NCBI GenBank assembly: GCA_002633005.1
Contig: NMRA01000719.1
Location: 8,612-72,611 of the forward strand
DNA from: Phoronis australis
Taxonomy: Eukaryota > Animalia > Phoronida
Direction of reading: 5' to 3'
DNA length: 64,000 nucleotides
Shown: piece after piece, positions 54,501 to 64,000 of the stretch
Position numbering within the stretch: the first letter of the stretch is position 1
Layout: the number at the start of each line of letters is the position of its first letter
The notes under the pieces: generated by a model
Seen by the model: only the letters and a program-made list of their open reading frames with translations
Told to the model about the DNA's origin: nothing
Databases searched by the model: none
Position numbers and translations under genes: made by a program

Positions 54501-57500
54501 CCGTAGCTAGCTGCGTGCACCTACCAACTATCGCCAATTTTCATTCAGTCTGCATCGTAGATATCTCAGGCTCGAATGGTATGAATTTTGTTCAGGCTGA
54601 AATTGGCCAGTGCAGAAACAAAATTATTCTGGATGGCTAAAAAGGGAATATGGAAGCAAAAATTCAGTCAGGCAGGGGTTGACGCAAGAAATCGTAGTAA
54701 AGAACAGCAAGCGACATTAGTTAAATCTGCTAACGTCAGTGTGACTGAGATGCAAAAACTCAATTTGACTAGAAGTTTTTTATCACTTCAAGATGATACT
54801 CAAACATACAGTAACTATTGCTAACCTTTGAACTCAGAAATCGAGAGGCAGCAAATCGGTAACCCAGTGATCGAGGCACACTGTCCCTTTGGTCGGCACA
54901 CATCCTCAATAACCTGGCAATAACATTCATCAAAAAAGGAAGAATTTGACATCTTTCCATGAGTTATGGGAATTAATTCTTAAAAATACGAGTCTCAGAG
55001 CTTCCCACCTAAAGAGAATTTGGAGGGTTGGCAAAACCATTGTCACATTTCTCTGGCCCGATTATTTCGGATATATGTTTTATGTAGTGCACTGCAGATG
55101 GAAACTCAGAGTGGCAGACAGCGTCGCTGAAAGCGGAAATACTGACGTCGGCAGGGTTCTTAAACTTTGCAAACATGAGAAGAAAATAAATTGACAAAAA
55201 CGTTCAAGTATTGAATTTTGAAATAAGTACATGACCCGGGAAAATTATTTGTTACTTGTACAGTAATTCACATTGCCAAAGCGCCGTCCGGAGGCCCTGC
55301 GTCGTTGCGCTCGTTCTGATCACCTAAAAGTCGGGAATCGCGCGTTTTCTAACACTGGGCGCTAAATTTTCAATCTTAAAAAGTCGGGGATGGGTGCTTA
55401 ACCGAGAGGTGGGCGCTTAACTGGAAATCTTGAAAATCGCAGAGGGGGGTAAACTGAGCAGTGGGCGATAATATCGAAAATCCACCTAAAGTAGGGGGTG
55501 GGCGGTTAACTGAGCATGGGCGTTAACCCGAACGTTTACGGTACATTACACGGCATGAATCGGAGAATAAGTATAACGGGTTCTATAATTTCTACTTTGT
55601 CTTAACAATGTTACGACTGTAACTCAATTTTTCCCGAGTCTGTCTTGCATTTATCTTGTGTTTGGCACTTTATCTAAGAAAAGAATGACGATGAAAATTT
55701 CTGATCGTGAAAATACAAATGCCGAATATACAAAAGCACCTATAATTGTTGTAGCCGTGTAAGTGCTGTTTAGATTTTTGTTTGGCATTTCTATATTTTG
55801 TTTTGTTATTATGTTTTCTCCTCTTCACATAGTCATTTCAACGTTGGACAATAATAGTGTTTTGATAGACTGTTATTCTTCAACATTTCTGTACACATAA
55901 TGAGACTTAAGAAAACTTGCACCTGTTCACACTTAAAATTTTAACAGAATTGTGTGATGTTCATCAGCAGAGACCTGTAGGAAGAAATATCCGAACCATT
56001 GTCCATAACTGTAGCGAATATATGGCGCAATGAAATGAAAACAGTCGACACAGATGGGATTGTAATTGGTTAAGTATATATTAAATAAAAAAGTGGAAAA
56101 TTAAGTATATAAAGTAGATGACGGGTTACGTCCTTTATGAGTTCACACCGTCTTGGTGTTTTCATTTTTCTTTTCAGGTCGTCACAAATCAAGTCTTCGA
56201 ACAGTCGTGAGCTGCCGGGAAACAAGTGTGTCAATGTGCGCAACGACGGTCTTGGCAGGGGGCGAAACCTGGACGACACCAGAAGAATTAGTGGCACTAA
56301 ATCGTCATTGGTGTGCAGCAGGAGGTCAGCGGAGCAAATTAGTAGTGACTGAGGGTGAGCTGCGTGAAATTGATGACTGTGGGACGGCGCTAAACTGGTG
56401 ACGATCAGAAGAAACGGCCCTGTTATCTTTCACCCAGATTATCAGAACAAGTTGACTGTTACTGGTTATATTTCATTCACAAACAGACTTCACAAGAGTT
56501 TTCACTGTCACCAATTAAACCTGTGGTTAAAAATGTACGCAAACATAGTTGTGTTAAATCATCTAGAGTGCATCAAGACGCGCCAGTGTATCACTGAGTT
56601 AGTATAAATGGACATTTCAAAGGCTGTCGGTGAGAAAGCTTTTAAATACGATATAAAAAATGATTGGGTGAATTTGACGTTGGAAGGATTTGAAATTGCA
56701 TTCGCTTTCTAGACTGCGCCCTTCTATACACAATTCGTTAGTTGATCGTGTCTCCATCAATATAATTCACATATCAAGGTTTGAGTGACACTAATGGGCT
56801 CAGCAGGCTTGAATTTAGGTGTACGTATTAATAATGCTTTTCTCTTTCGCAACATACGAAAATATGATTGTATTTATTTCATGTAAACAAATTGATTCTA
56901 CATTCATCATGCTCATGCCGACTTCTAAAATTTTTGAAGAGATTTAGCTCACCAAATTCGAACAATAGTGAAATGAAACATTTTGGAGTTCCACCAAATT
57001 CAGACACCACAAAAGTCTCGTCCCGCGTTATTCGACCAAGAATGAATTTGTTCTACTGGAATAAATTTTGAGTATCCGAAAATTGCGCGGCTTTAGCGCA
57101 CCCTAAATGATGGAGTCATTAAATGTACATTTAAGGATTTGATAGTTATCCATGTATCCTATTATGTACTCAAGCACAGAATAATACAAACTCTTCTTAA
57201 GTTCGTACAAAAGTTGAATAGAAAATGCCCAAAAACAATTTCAAGTTCAATCTCGAGTAAAAGGGATTTGAGCCCAGGCCCACTGTTCAAGTCAACTAGT
57301 CTGTGTAAGCCATGCAACAAAGCTTTGAAATTTCACTATCCCAACACCAAAAACATGAAAAACAGTCTTTGAAAAATCGAAATGTTTCAACTTTGCCATT
57401 GATTTTTTTTAAAAACTATTGCTGGAGGATTTCCTCTTTCACAAAAACAGGTTACAGCCAAACTCTGTTTATAGGTTCGGTAAAATTGTGCTCATAAGAC

Positions 57501-59426
57501 TAGAGGTTCATTATTGCGTTAATTGTTTCCCAATGGCACAATTACCTAGCCTTCGTGTTATTACTGTGGGAGAAAAGTCATAAACTTTACCATGGAAAAT
57601 AAAGGACAGGTTACGAAAGGTTATGTAAAAGTCATTAACTTTATTGCCATTATGTCTTGTACCATTATATAGTTTGTACAGAGGTTTCAGTAAAAAATTT
57701 GTAAAAAAAATTAAACAGAAGGTCTAATACATGTCCCTGCATTTGAAACCCAAGCTGATTCAATTCAAATCGATCATTGCTTATTTCCAGATGACGTTAT
57801 TGTACACGTTTTCTGCATAAAACAAGATCAGCTAGTGTAACTAAAATATCGCCAAATCCATTCCTCATAAATCCAGTGGATCATGATCCAAAATTGACAG
57901 CATCACCTGGGGTACCCTTCTGCTTAATCCTTAAACAAAAGTACCTATATGCAATGCCTAATATGTAATTTGAAATAAAAGCGTCAGTAGCATTAAAAAT
58001 ATAAATATTTTACCATGGATTGTTGTGGTTGATGGTCACACCCTACTAAACTTAAAATTCTGAGTTAAAGATTAAGCAACCGGGTCGAGTTTGCGGGGAT
58101 TATTGTTGCAAAATTCCCTTATCTATTGAAAGGTAACGGGCTTCAACTGACTTATTAAACGTTAACTTTGAAAGCTTTATAAATCTCTTTTTAGGTATAT
58201 CAACGGAGATTATCATTCATACTCTGGTGAAATTGATCCAGCTATGTCAGGGATCAGGTCACAGCTTGACCTTGACAATGTACTAATTCTTGACAAGGAG
58301 AAAAATTGGTTTGACCAGAGAGTCAACGAGTGTATATACAAAAGAATTTAAAATCCATCTTTGAACTGAGGAGGTGGCTTGAGACTCAACCTATTGCACG
58401 CCTGGGACAAGATTCTGACTAAAGTTTCCCGCCGATTTTCCCAACTCCGACCGAATACACCAGAGGTCGCACCTTGAAAAACCTAGCAGAGGCTGGCGAA
58501 ACGTTGCCTTTCATCTCAAGTAAGTTCAGTAACGACTCATAGTTTTCTGCATGTTACAACCTAACAGTAAAGTAATCCCTTCTCCTACAAGAGTTCAAAT
58601 TTAAGAAAAACTAACAGGATCCCACAATAGCAGTTTGGGATAAAACGCATCAAGGTTGTGTAGAACCTTATTGACATCAGTTAGCATATTTAGCCAAACA
58701 TGATCTACAAAGATATAGATTTTAACTTGGTAAAAGAATATACCGTATTTTCTGAAAGTAGGACACCCGTAGAATTTGATTTTCAACTTACAAATCTGCC
58801 ATTAATGAAGGAATATTCTATTTCAAGTTTAATGTTAGGTGAAGCCTTATCGCAAAATCTGTGCATTTAGTCAAATTATACCTAAACTAAAAAATATTAT
58901 ACAATACAAATTTATTTTCCAAATTTTTGAAAATTTGATTTTTGACTTAGTGCCATAAACTGGATCACGTGACTATGTCTTTGAAACAAAAAGGAGACAA
59001 GGTACACTAATACCAAAACGATAATAAAATGATCAGTTTTCTACTCGATAAAATAATTCAAGATGAACTCTCAAAAACGCCGTTTCAGTTACATAAATTT
59101 TCGTTTGGCATTTTCATTTTATGCAATCTTTGATTTTGATAGCTCCTTGTGTAAATGTGGAACATTTTGAAGACAACGCCCAACAGCGTCTTGGAAATCT
59201 GCGCATAAAACATCATCCATATATGGCTTCCTCTGAATCTGGTCAGAAATGTCTGAGGTATGATATTTCGAAGTTAGTCGAATTTGGAATTTTTCTTGGA
59301 TCTCACATCAACTTGAGTAACAACTTAGCTTTAAATGAAAAAGGGCAGCTTTAAATAGGACAATACTCACCCTGCCGTCACCTGGCCTGTGATAAACGCC
59401 AACAAGAAGGCTAACTGGATAACCAT
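24422..59426 (-). CDS. Thioester-containing protein family gene (TEP/CD109/alpha-2-macroglobulin-like), 5' part; 13 coding exons, 461 codons, 3' end not located
   Basis: Manual splicing of GT-AG exons with consistent phases gives one open frame: signal peptide MVIQLAFLLAFITGQVTA, then family motifs TYVLTSPK, FIITDKAIYKPKQTVRFRV, DPQSNKIKHW, LLGDWKI, FTVDEYVLPKFEV, NYTYGKGVVG, FKP, SHSGDNLQ. No GCGEQ thioester exon seen in the window. Confidence 0.92.
26116..26304 (-). CDS. TEP coding exon 12 (MG4)
   Basis: atttag|VKLTKADGTPTTTKW...DGMIMYSISTKDITIQVTLK|GTATGT; VKLTxxDGxP motif; 189 nt. Confidence 0.9.
26795..27213. mobile_element. MITE with TIRs and internal actagtgcaactt repeats
   Basis: ccacactcagacttaccctagaacaag versus cttgttctagagtaagctgtgtgtgg (inverted). 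Confidence 0.6.
28922..29149 (-). CDS. TEP coding exon 11
   Basis: tttcag|NFNGVQEVTLTVGDMRAILGGQ...VKAVITEQLTELKKSG...DVFKPNAVLNFM|GTAAGA; 228 nt, phase 0 to 0; inside ORF 28910-29167. Confidence 0.92.
30710..30809 (-). CDS. TEP coding exon 10
   Basis: tttgcag|(N)YTYGKGVVGSGQFSVTIKGEMDHKSKPLMRKFE|GTATGT; YTYGKxVxG motif; 100 nt. Confidence 0.94.
31428..31515 (-). CDS. TEP coding exon 9 (MG3)
   Basis: cttttag|(V)LPKFEVTVQMPPFYVISSNENMQFKIIA+aa|GTGAGT; completes the EYVLPKFEV hallmark; 88 nt. Confidence 0.95.
31722..31890. repeat. (GT)n microsatellite spanning a gap
   Basis: Direct observation; a (CA)n tract is also present at about 6315-6333. Confidence 0.9.
32820..32862 (-). CDS. TEP coding exon 8
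   Basis: ttttcag|DGSEVEKIFTVDEY+g|GTGAGT; 43 nt. Confidence 0.93.
34250..34600 (-). repeat. Dispersed repeat, inverted copy of about 56170-56490
   Basis: Shared blocks such as gacggc(a/g)ctaaactggtga(t/c)gatc(g/a)gaagaaa and acggtcttgg. Confidence 0.7.
35134..35836. mobile_element. About 700-bp TACCGTA-ended element with a second, divergent HIRAN-like remnant (minus strand, about 35285-35600)
   Basis: Ends taccgtatag / cgatatggta; minus frame ...TAIES*LFNLTFCDVGKEHSRIVYRWLDMGREVQARVTNRRPVWSRRAGGTEIATDL*FF. Confidence 0.6.
36054..36127 (-). CDS. TEP coding exon 7
   Basis: tttaag|(G)VFSEKLQLADRVLLGDWKILVKLC|GTAAGT; LGxWxI motif; 74 nt. Confidence 0.92.
36850..36901 (-). CDS. TEP coding exon 6
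   Basis: tgttgcag|DPQSNKIKHWLQQSHQM+g|GTAGGT; DPxxNxIxxW motif of MG2; 52 nt. Confidence 0.92.
37750..37822 (+). mobile_element. tRNA-derived SINE head or tRNA pseudogene
   Basis: A-box-like tagcagagc and B-box ggttcgagtcc at tRNA spacing; no convincing acceptor stem. Confidence 0.45.
38072..38400 (+). repeat. Dispersed repeat, second copy at about 60582-60880
   Basis: gtagatctgagct...actgtctcaacaatg...gagagtagttttaacttggt...agggccacttccca present in both. Confidence 0.8.
39675..39995. repeat. 22-bp minisatellite, about 14 diverged copies
   Basis: Consensus ggacctcaactgccagtggggt with 22-nt periodicity. Confidence 0.95.
40142..40227 (-). CDS. TEP coding exon 5
   Basis: ttattccag|(V)RFRVLCVKPDSPKLTPCKADCKMDVNIY|GTAAGT; 86 nt, phase 1 to 0. 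Confidence 0.92.
40629..40788 (-). CDS. TEP coding exon 4 (MG1/MG2)
   Basis: VPVGTEEKKDYNMTFSLQGKDISYSSHSVLEIKTRIKASFIITDKAIYKPKQT+g|GTGAGT; matches the family TDKPIYKPGQT motif; 160 nt. Confidence 0.93.
41768..41975. mobile_element. About 200-bp MITE family member; related fragments near 10870, 13530-13710, 15200-15265, 17745, 19760, 29270 and 61887
   Basis: tacagtaattttccactta ... aataagtggagaa ends; recurrent core aa(t/c)aattgccaaaa(t/g)tgtcattt. Confidence 0.65.
42021..42049 (-). CDS. TEP coding exon 3 (29-nt small exon)
   Basis: tttatttccag|(T)TTQATFSLM|GTGAGT; phase 1 to 0, exactly the phase needed between exons 2 and 4. Confidence 0.8.
43038..43312. mobile_element. MITE (ttcatgaaa TIR family); related ends near 14890-14932, 23581-23625 and 42715-42750
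   Basis: ttcatgaaag..caagacagaaattaggtc versus gaccaaatttctgtctcaag..ttcatgaaacag (inverted). Confidence 0.6.
43573..43733 (-). CDS. TEP coding exon 2 (start of MG1)
   Basis: ttccag|...(G)TYVLTSPKVCRVGIACNAQLRLMGQLGTETTAVVTILSNTKTTVVSRSMRLDA+a|GTATGT; 161 nt, phase 2 to 1. Confidence 0.9.
44010..44105. repeat. Hairpin with about 35-bp arms; related sequence at 52430-52620
   Basis: gatataacgtgcccgtattttgagaaccagtttg / caaactggttctcaaaattcgggcatgttatatc. Confidence 0.85.
44450..44940 (+). mobile_element. 3' end of a CR1/L2-group LINE
   Basis: MYRCVNGLAPAY, then A.IWNSL and FK motifs in other frames, an AT-rich 3'UTR and terminal cagggccctcttggaaagcag...gaggccaccct. Confidence 0.6.
46733..48663. 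mobile_element. TIR element acting as host for nested insertions
   Basis: Left end tatcgggattttccgtatataagtc; right end reverse complement ttccgtgattttccgtagataagtc. Confidence 0.65.
47137..48635 (+). mobile_element. THAP-bearing TIR element with AT target-site duplication (ISL2EU-like)
   Basis: TIR agacctaattcacgc...ccaaa(a/g)cgaggctc at both ends; AT at 47135-47136 and 48636-48637; THAP remnant IPKEVEIRKRWAVAICRHD...RLC in ORF 47213-47572. Confidence 0.65.
53198..55543 (-). mobile_element. About 2.35-kb pogo/Tc1-mariner-type TIR element with a decayed DDE-like segment
   Basis: Perfect 18-bp TIR taccgtaaacgttcgggt; subterminal gggtgggcggttaac repeats; minus frame near 55170-55255 FPGSCTYFKIQYLNVFVN resembles the pogo PGGCTSKLQPLDVSVN motif; a related segment lies at about 45130-45300. 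Confidence 0.75.
58262..58510 (+). mobile_element. Penelope-like element 3' fragment (GIY-YIG endonuclease C-terminus)
   Basis: LDNVLILDKEKNWFDQRVNECIYKRI*NPSLN*GGGLRLNLLHAWDKIL fits the PLE ILDxExxWFxRxVKEAIYI...PSLNRGGGLR pattern; in-frame stops. Confidence 0.8.
59371..59426 (-). CDS. TEP coding exon 1 (signal peptide)
   Basis: ATG at 59426; MVIQLAFLLAFITGQVTA+gg|GTGAGT (56 nt, phase 2). A ttacag acceptor gives exon start 59451, implying an upstream 5'UTR exon. Confidence 0.85.
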
Positions 59427-60144
59427 GATGAACAGCACCACTAAGGGGAGTCTGTAACAAATATAATCACTGTTACACAATACGTGCCAGTTTATATCCT
59501 AGACGTTTATTGTTCACATTGGGACAGAAATAGGTCTGACGTTTACCACTGCAGCACCTGTTTACCTGCGCAGCTCCGTACCTGGCTATAGCTGATGAGT
59601 AAGCAGTCAACAGTGACCTGAACTGACCTACTTTGTGTCCACTGGGCAAAGGCTCTATGCAGAATGGACACATCACTTACCACTCAGATGTGTATTTTCA
59701 CTGCCAGATTACCTTTGAAAGGGTCACTTTTTACAAATTGAATTCCATATAAAAATGCCTTTTCCTATTTAGTACCATACAAAACCGAGTTGGGAGATTT
59801 AAGTAAGGCCTTTTCATAGACTCCGGTCTGAGCGGAGCGTCAACATAAGCAGCAAAGTTAAGTGGACCATTCATAATGGCTTCGGTAGTTAATGAACATT
59901 GAAGTAAATGGTAGATGATGCTGTTGTCATCGAAGTTATCGCAAGATAGCGCTAAATACTAAGAGTTTTTTCAATGTGACAATTTGGGAACATTTACATG
60001 TGCTAATTGACATAAAACTTATTTTTAAATCGATTGGTGATTAATACAGCAAAATATAAGCAACTATTACCAACGACGCTACCCTGTAATTATTAACAAT
60101 AACAGTGGCACCTGGCGATAACTTCAATTGGACATAAGTTCACC

Positions 60145-60304
60145 ATTCATACTGCACCGCAGCATCGACGCTGCGCTGGTAAATCCACCTGTTAACTGGG
60201 ATGTTTACTGGAGCTGTTAACTTCGATCCAGGACCTCAGTTAAGCGTTCATACTGACCGCAACTCCCCAAACCATCGACGCGTCGATGTTAGTATGAAAG
60301 GCCC
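60145..60304. repeat. MITE-like repeat; diverged copy at about 7198-7352
   Basis: Shared aatccacct...gatccagga..agttaa..ttcatac...gtcgatgttagtatga. Confidence 0.6.
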
Positions 60305-63300
60305 AATAGAGTTGGCCCTTTTGTTGATTTTCAGCCTTGTCTAAGGCTACTGAAACTGGTGGTCATTTCCCTGTTACAATAGGGTGTCGATAAGACCTGT
60401 TCAAAATGACCATTCCAGCAGATACAGCAGGGTAAGACTACTGGAACGACCTTAAAGAAAGGATGAAAGTCATTATAAACAGGTTCCTTTCACTGTTTTC
60501 CATGGACACATAACCCGTTAGTTCATACAGGTTTAACAGTCTTTCTGAAACAAACTAGCAGATTGTAAGATTTTANTTGATGTAGATCTGAGCTAATGAA
60601 GTGGAAAGATAACAGCCAGCACTACTGTCTCAACAATGATGGTTGTTATTACACCCAAATTGGTTTTCTCAGCCAGAAACTGCCGAGAGTAGTTTTAACT
60701 TGGTACATTTAACCTTAAATATTACAAAATGACTAAAAACGTAATTTGTGTTTATCTTGACCAAGGGCCACTTCCCACAGGTACCATGGTTTTAAATATT
60801 TTCGTAATTTCATTCTTAATACTCCCGTGTACTTGTTTTTTTTTCTTACCGGGAACGGGTAGTTATCTTTTTAGCCTCCCTTCAGAAATCGATGTTGTCC
60901 CAGGAGCTGAACCCGAATGGGAGCTTGTTGCAATGAATTTTGTCAGACCACTACGACAAACCAAAAATGTTTCGTGCCACAAAATGTGTACATATACATC
61001 ATATTCTGGTGCTGAAAACATCACCTTCTTCACAGCGGTATTTGCTATTCCAAAGCACTTGTCTACATATCCTAGGTGTAAATTGAAATTGGTTACGATA
61101 AATTGCCTAGAACTCCCATGATGGACAAACGAACCCATGGAGTGATAAAGAACTTAGCAAGTATTGCCTCAACAACAACCACTCAGTTTTTCTAAAGCCT
61201 AGAAATTAATTCTAATCTTAATAAGAAACGAGATGAGAGCAAACTTGTAATTGCAACAGGTTTTGTTGAAAAGTTGATTTTGACAGTTTAGTGTTTCTTT
61301 AATAAGTAGAACTGAGGACAGGGCAGTCATATTTTAATGCAGTATAAATGGTGGTAGAACACTTGAATGAGTTCTGGCTTTTTTAAGAAGTGAGAGTAGC
61401 TCACTTTTCCATTACACGCCTGTATTTCATCATGGTTCCCTCTCGGGGGGGAGGGTAGTCTCTGTGTTCTCATTCCGGGTAAAAGGCAGACCAGTGAACC
61501 GTGCAAAATAAGCATAATTGAATACAAGTACTCACCAGGTTTACTTCTGTTGGCACAAAGTTTAAACACAGCATTAAATGCAATGACCCATCACTCAAAA
61601 AGGGAAGGTATGTATTTTTAATAGACAATCAAAAATATATATAATAACTTGCCCTAAATTTAATGTGAAAATAATATGAAGAATGGTAATAAAAACAACA
61701 GCTGTGACAGTTGTTACAAGGCACGGTAGGAGGGACTGTGACGCACAATGAAACAAATTTTGCTAGTTTATAAACAAGGTATAGGGAGGGGAGTTTATGA
61801 ATAAGGTATACATTGGGGGAGGGTGGGGGGTGAGTAAGAAACTGGTGCAGCAGTGCTGTAGCACCTCACCATAGACCAAGATACAGTACAGTAATTTTCC
61901 ACATAATCTGCACAAGAACAATTGCCAAAATGGTCATTTTCCATTTTTCAAAGGCTGGTAACATTTTTGCAAATAATGGAAATTAATCAAATGTTGTTTT
62001 TTGATGTCCATACACTGGTATAAGCCATGCTTAAAATAGCTTTTAATCTCGATTTTTGTGCTGAAATTTAACAAAAATAAAAACAGAATTTCCTTGGTCT
62101 GCCATATTGCGTGCTAAATAAGTGAAGAGTTAGGGTGCAAGACAAAAGTAATCAAATAATACAGTTACGGTGAAAGACAAAAGTAATCAAACAAAATATC
62201 ATTTTACAACCATGACAGCTAATTCCGTTTACATCAAAAATGACCAGTGATGGCTTTTATAGCACAAAAATTCCAATTACAGAATCACTTAGCCACCTTA
62301 CTAACTTTCCTGAAAATTCACAATTCTCAGTCAAGAGGCAAGCTACGAAAGGTTACTCTGATGACAAACTCGGCTTTTGCCCAGAAGTCATCATTCAGGA
62401 AATTCAGAATCATTTTGACTAAATATTTTTGGAATGTACTGTACCACTTATTGAAAGGCTGTTGTACACTATAAGTACAAATAAAAACTAAAGTTTGCTT
62501 CCCCTCATCTGATTGACCGTAAAATAAGCACGCGACTCGAAACATTTTGTTTGCAATCTAATAAAAGCAATAGTTTCCTGATTGTAAAAACGAAACAGCT
62601 ATGTTTTGTAACAAAAATCACTACCCCAAACTGATAAGGAGAAAATAAAACAATTTAAACACTGGCCTACCAATCTTAGAAAGGCAAAGGTTAGACAAGA
62701 GTAAAGAACAGTATTTTAAGAACGATACTACCATTCCAACAATGATATGTGTGTGTATCAGAAAACGGTAAAGAAATAACAAGTGATGACTTTTAAATGT
62801 TTCCATGGTAGTTGAATCCATCCCAAAATTTACATCATTCACGTAGTATCTCCTCATTATGAAAACATAGGACAAATTTCATGAAGATCTACCAAACAAA
62901 TTGTTAGAAATGAAGGCACACAATGGCACAATGACATTGAGACAAATAAAAAAACCAAAATGCCACTTTAAGTGGACCCTATGGTAGAAGAGTCTGAAAA
63001 TTAATGCCCCCTCAATAGCAACACACCTGTCAACGTTCATGATTCTTCAAGCAGTTTGCGGAGAAACAAACAAAAATTAACACTAGCAAAAAATATCTCA
63101 AATCCATCCAAAATTGGAAGGCTCTGCCCTCTCACCAAATTTCATGACATTCCATCCAGGAACTCTGAAGATACAGTGCCTAACATAATAAAATAAAATT
63201 GCCACCACGAGACATTTCAGTAGGCAGACTGGTCCAAGAGAAGTACGTCATCTGTTGCACCACAATGGTAAATTACAATCCTGAATATACTTGTCAAATT

Positions 63301-64000
63301 TTAAGACCACGCAGGGAGTTCAGCTGTGGATGCAAAGAAACGTAATTGTCACTGTGGGTGCCACAGTAGTCTGACTCCTCTGAAAGTCAACTTCCTACAA
63401 GAAACATCTCGCATTTTGTCAATTCTCTTAGTTGGAGGCAGGAGCAGTTTTCCACATAGGAAGGTTGACTCGAAGATATCAATTAAAATTTCCACTGGGC
63501 AGTGCAGAATAGGTCTAATCCATTCAAAAATATAAAGGAGTTGTCTTCTTAATAGAAACCCATTTGCCAAATTTCACAAAATTATGTCAAGTAAATAAAG
63601 ATACAAAGGTAAACAAAACATACTAAAACTGCCAGTAAGGGTCACAGCGACAGTCAGATCCGGTCAAAAGTAGTCATCATTACTTGTCACATTCATGGAA
63701 ATACAAAACTTTAATCTAAGGCTGAAAACATCTAAGCAGTTGACATTGTTTTGTACATTCACATTCTGAGAACTGAAAAAATGCAACAATCAACATAAAA
63801 AATTAACAAAGTTCTATTTCACTGAAATTAAGCTTACTTGACTAGGAACGTTATTTTGTTACACTCGTTGGCAAACTTTGCTTTTCATTTCTAAAAGAGA
63901 AGCACAATTAGCTTTATTACATTTAGCACTGCACCAAACATTAAGTCATAAAACAGGACAGCCTTTAACAAATGGGATTTGCAATTGTTTTTGTTTCAAT

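Overview
AT-rich eukaryotic genomic DNA with N gaps; the gene and repeat types suggest a marine invertebrate, probably a lophotrochozoan (inference). The main feature is a minus-strand multi-exon gene of the thioester-containing protein family (TEP/CD109/alpha-2-macroglobulin). I reconstructed 13 phase-compatible GT-AG coding exons from 59426 down to 24422 (1383 nt, 461 codons: signal peptide plus N-terminal macroglobulin domains). The last exon ends in a splice donor, and I could not confidently place any later exon. About 1.1 kb past that donor, on the opposite strand, is an intact single-coding-exon class A GPCR (22164-23294, FMRFamide-receptor-like), apparently nested in a TEP intron. The rest is transposon debris: TACCGTA-ended TIR elements with decayed HIRAN-like reading frames, a pogo-like DDE remnant, THAP remnants (one in an ISL2EU-like element with an AT target-site duplication), L1/Tx1, CR1/L2 and Penelope fragments, MITEs, minisatellites and a local duplication around a gap. 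All homology calls come from motif recognition by eye, not database searches.
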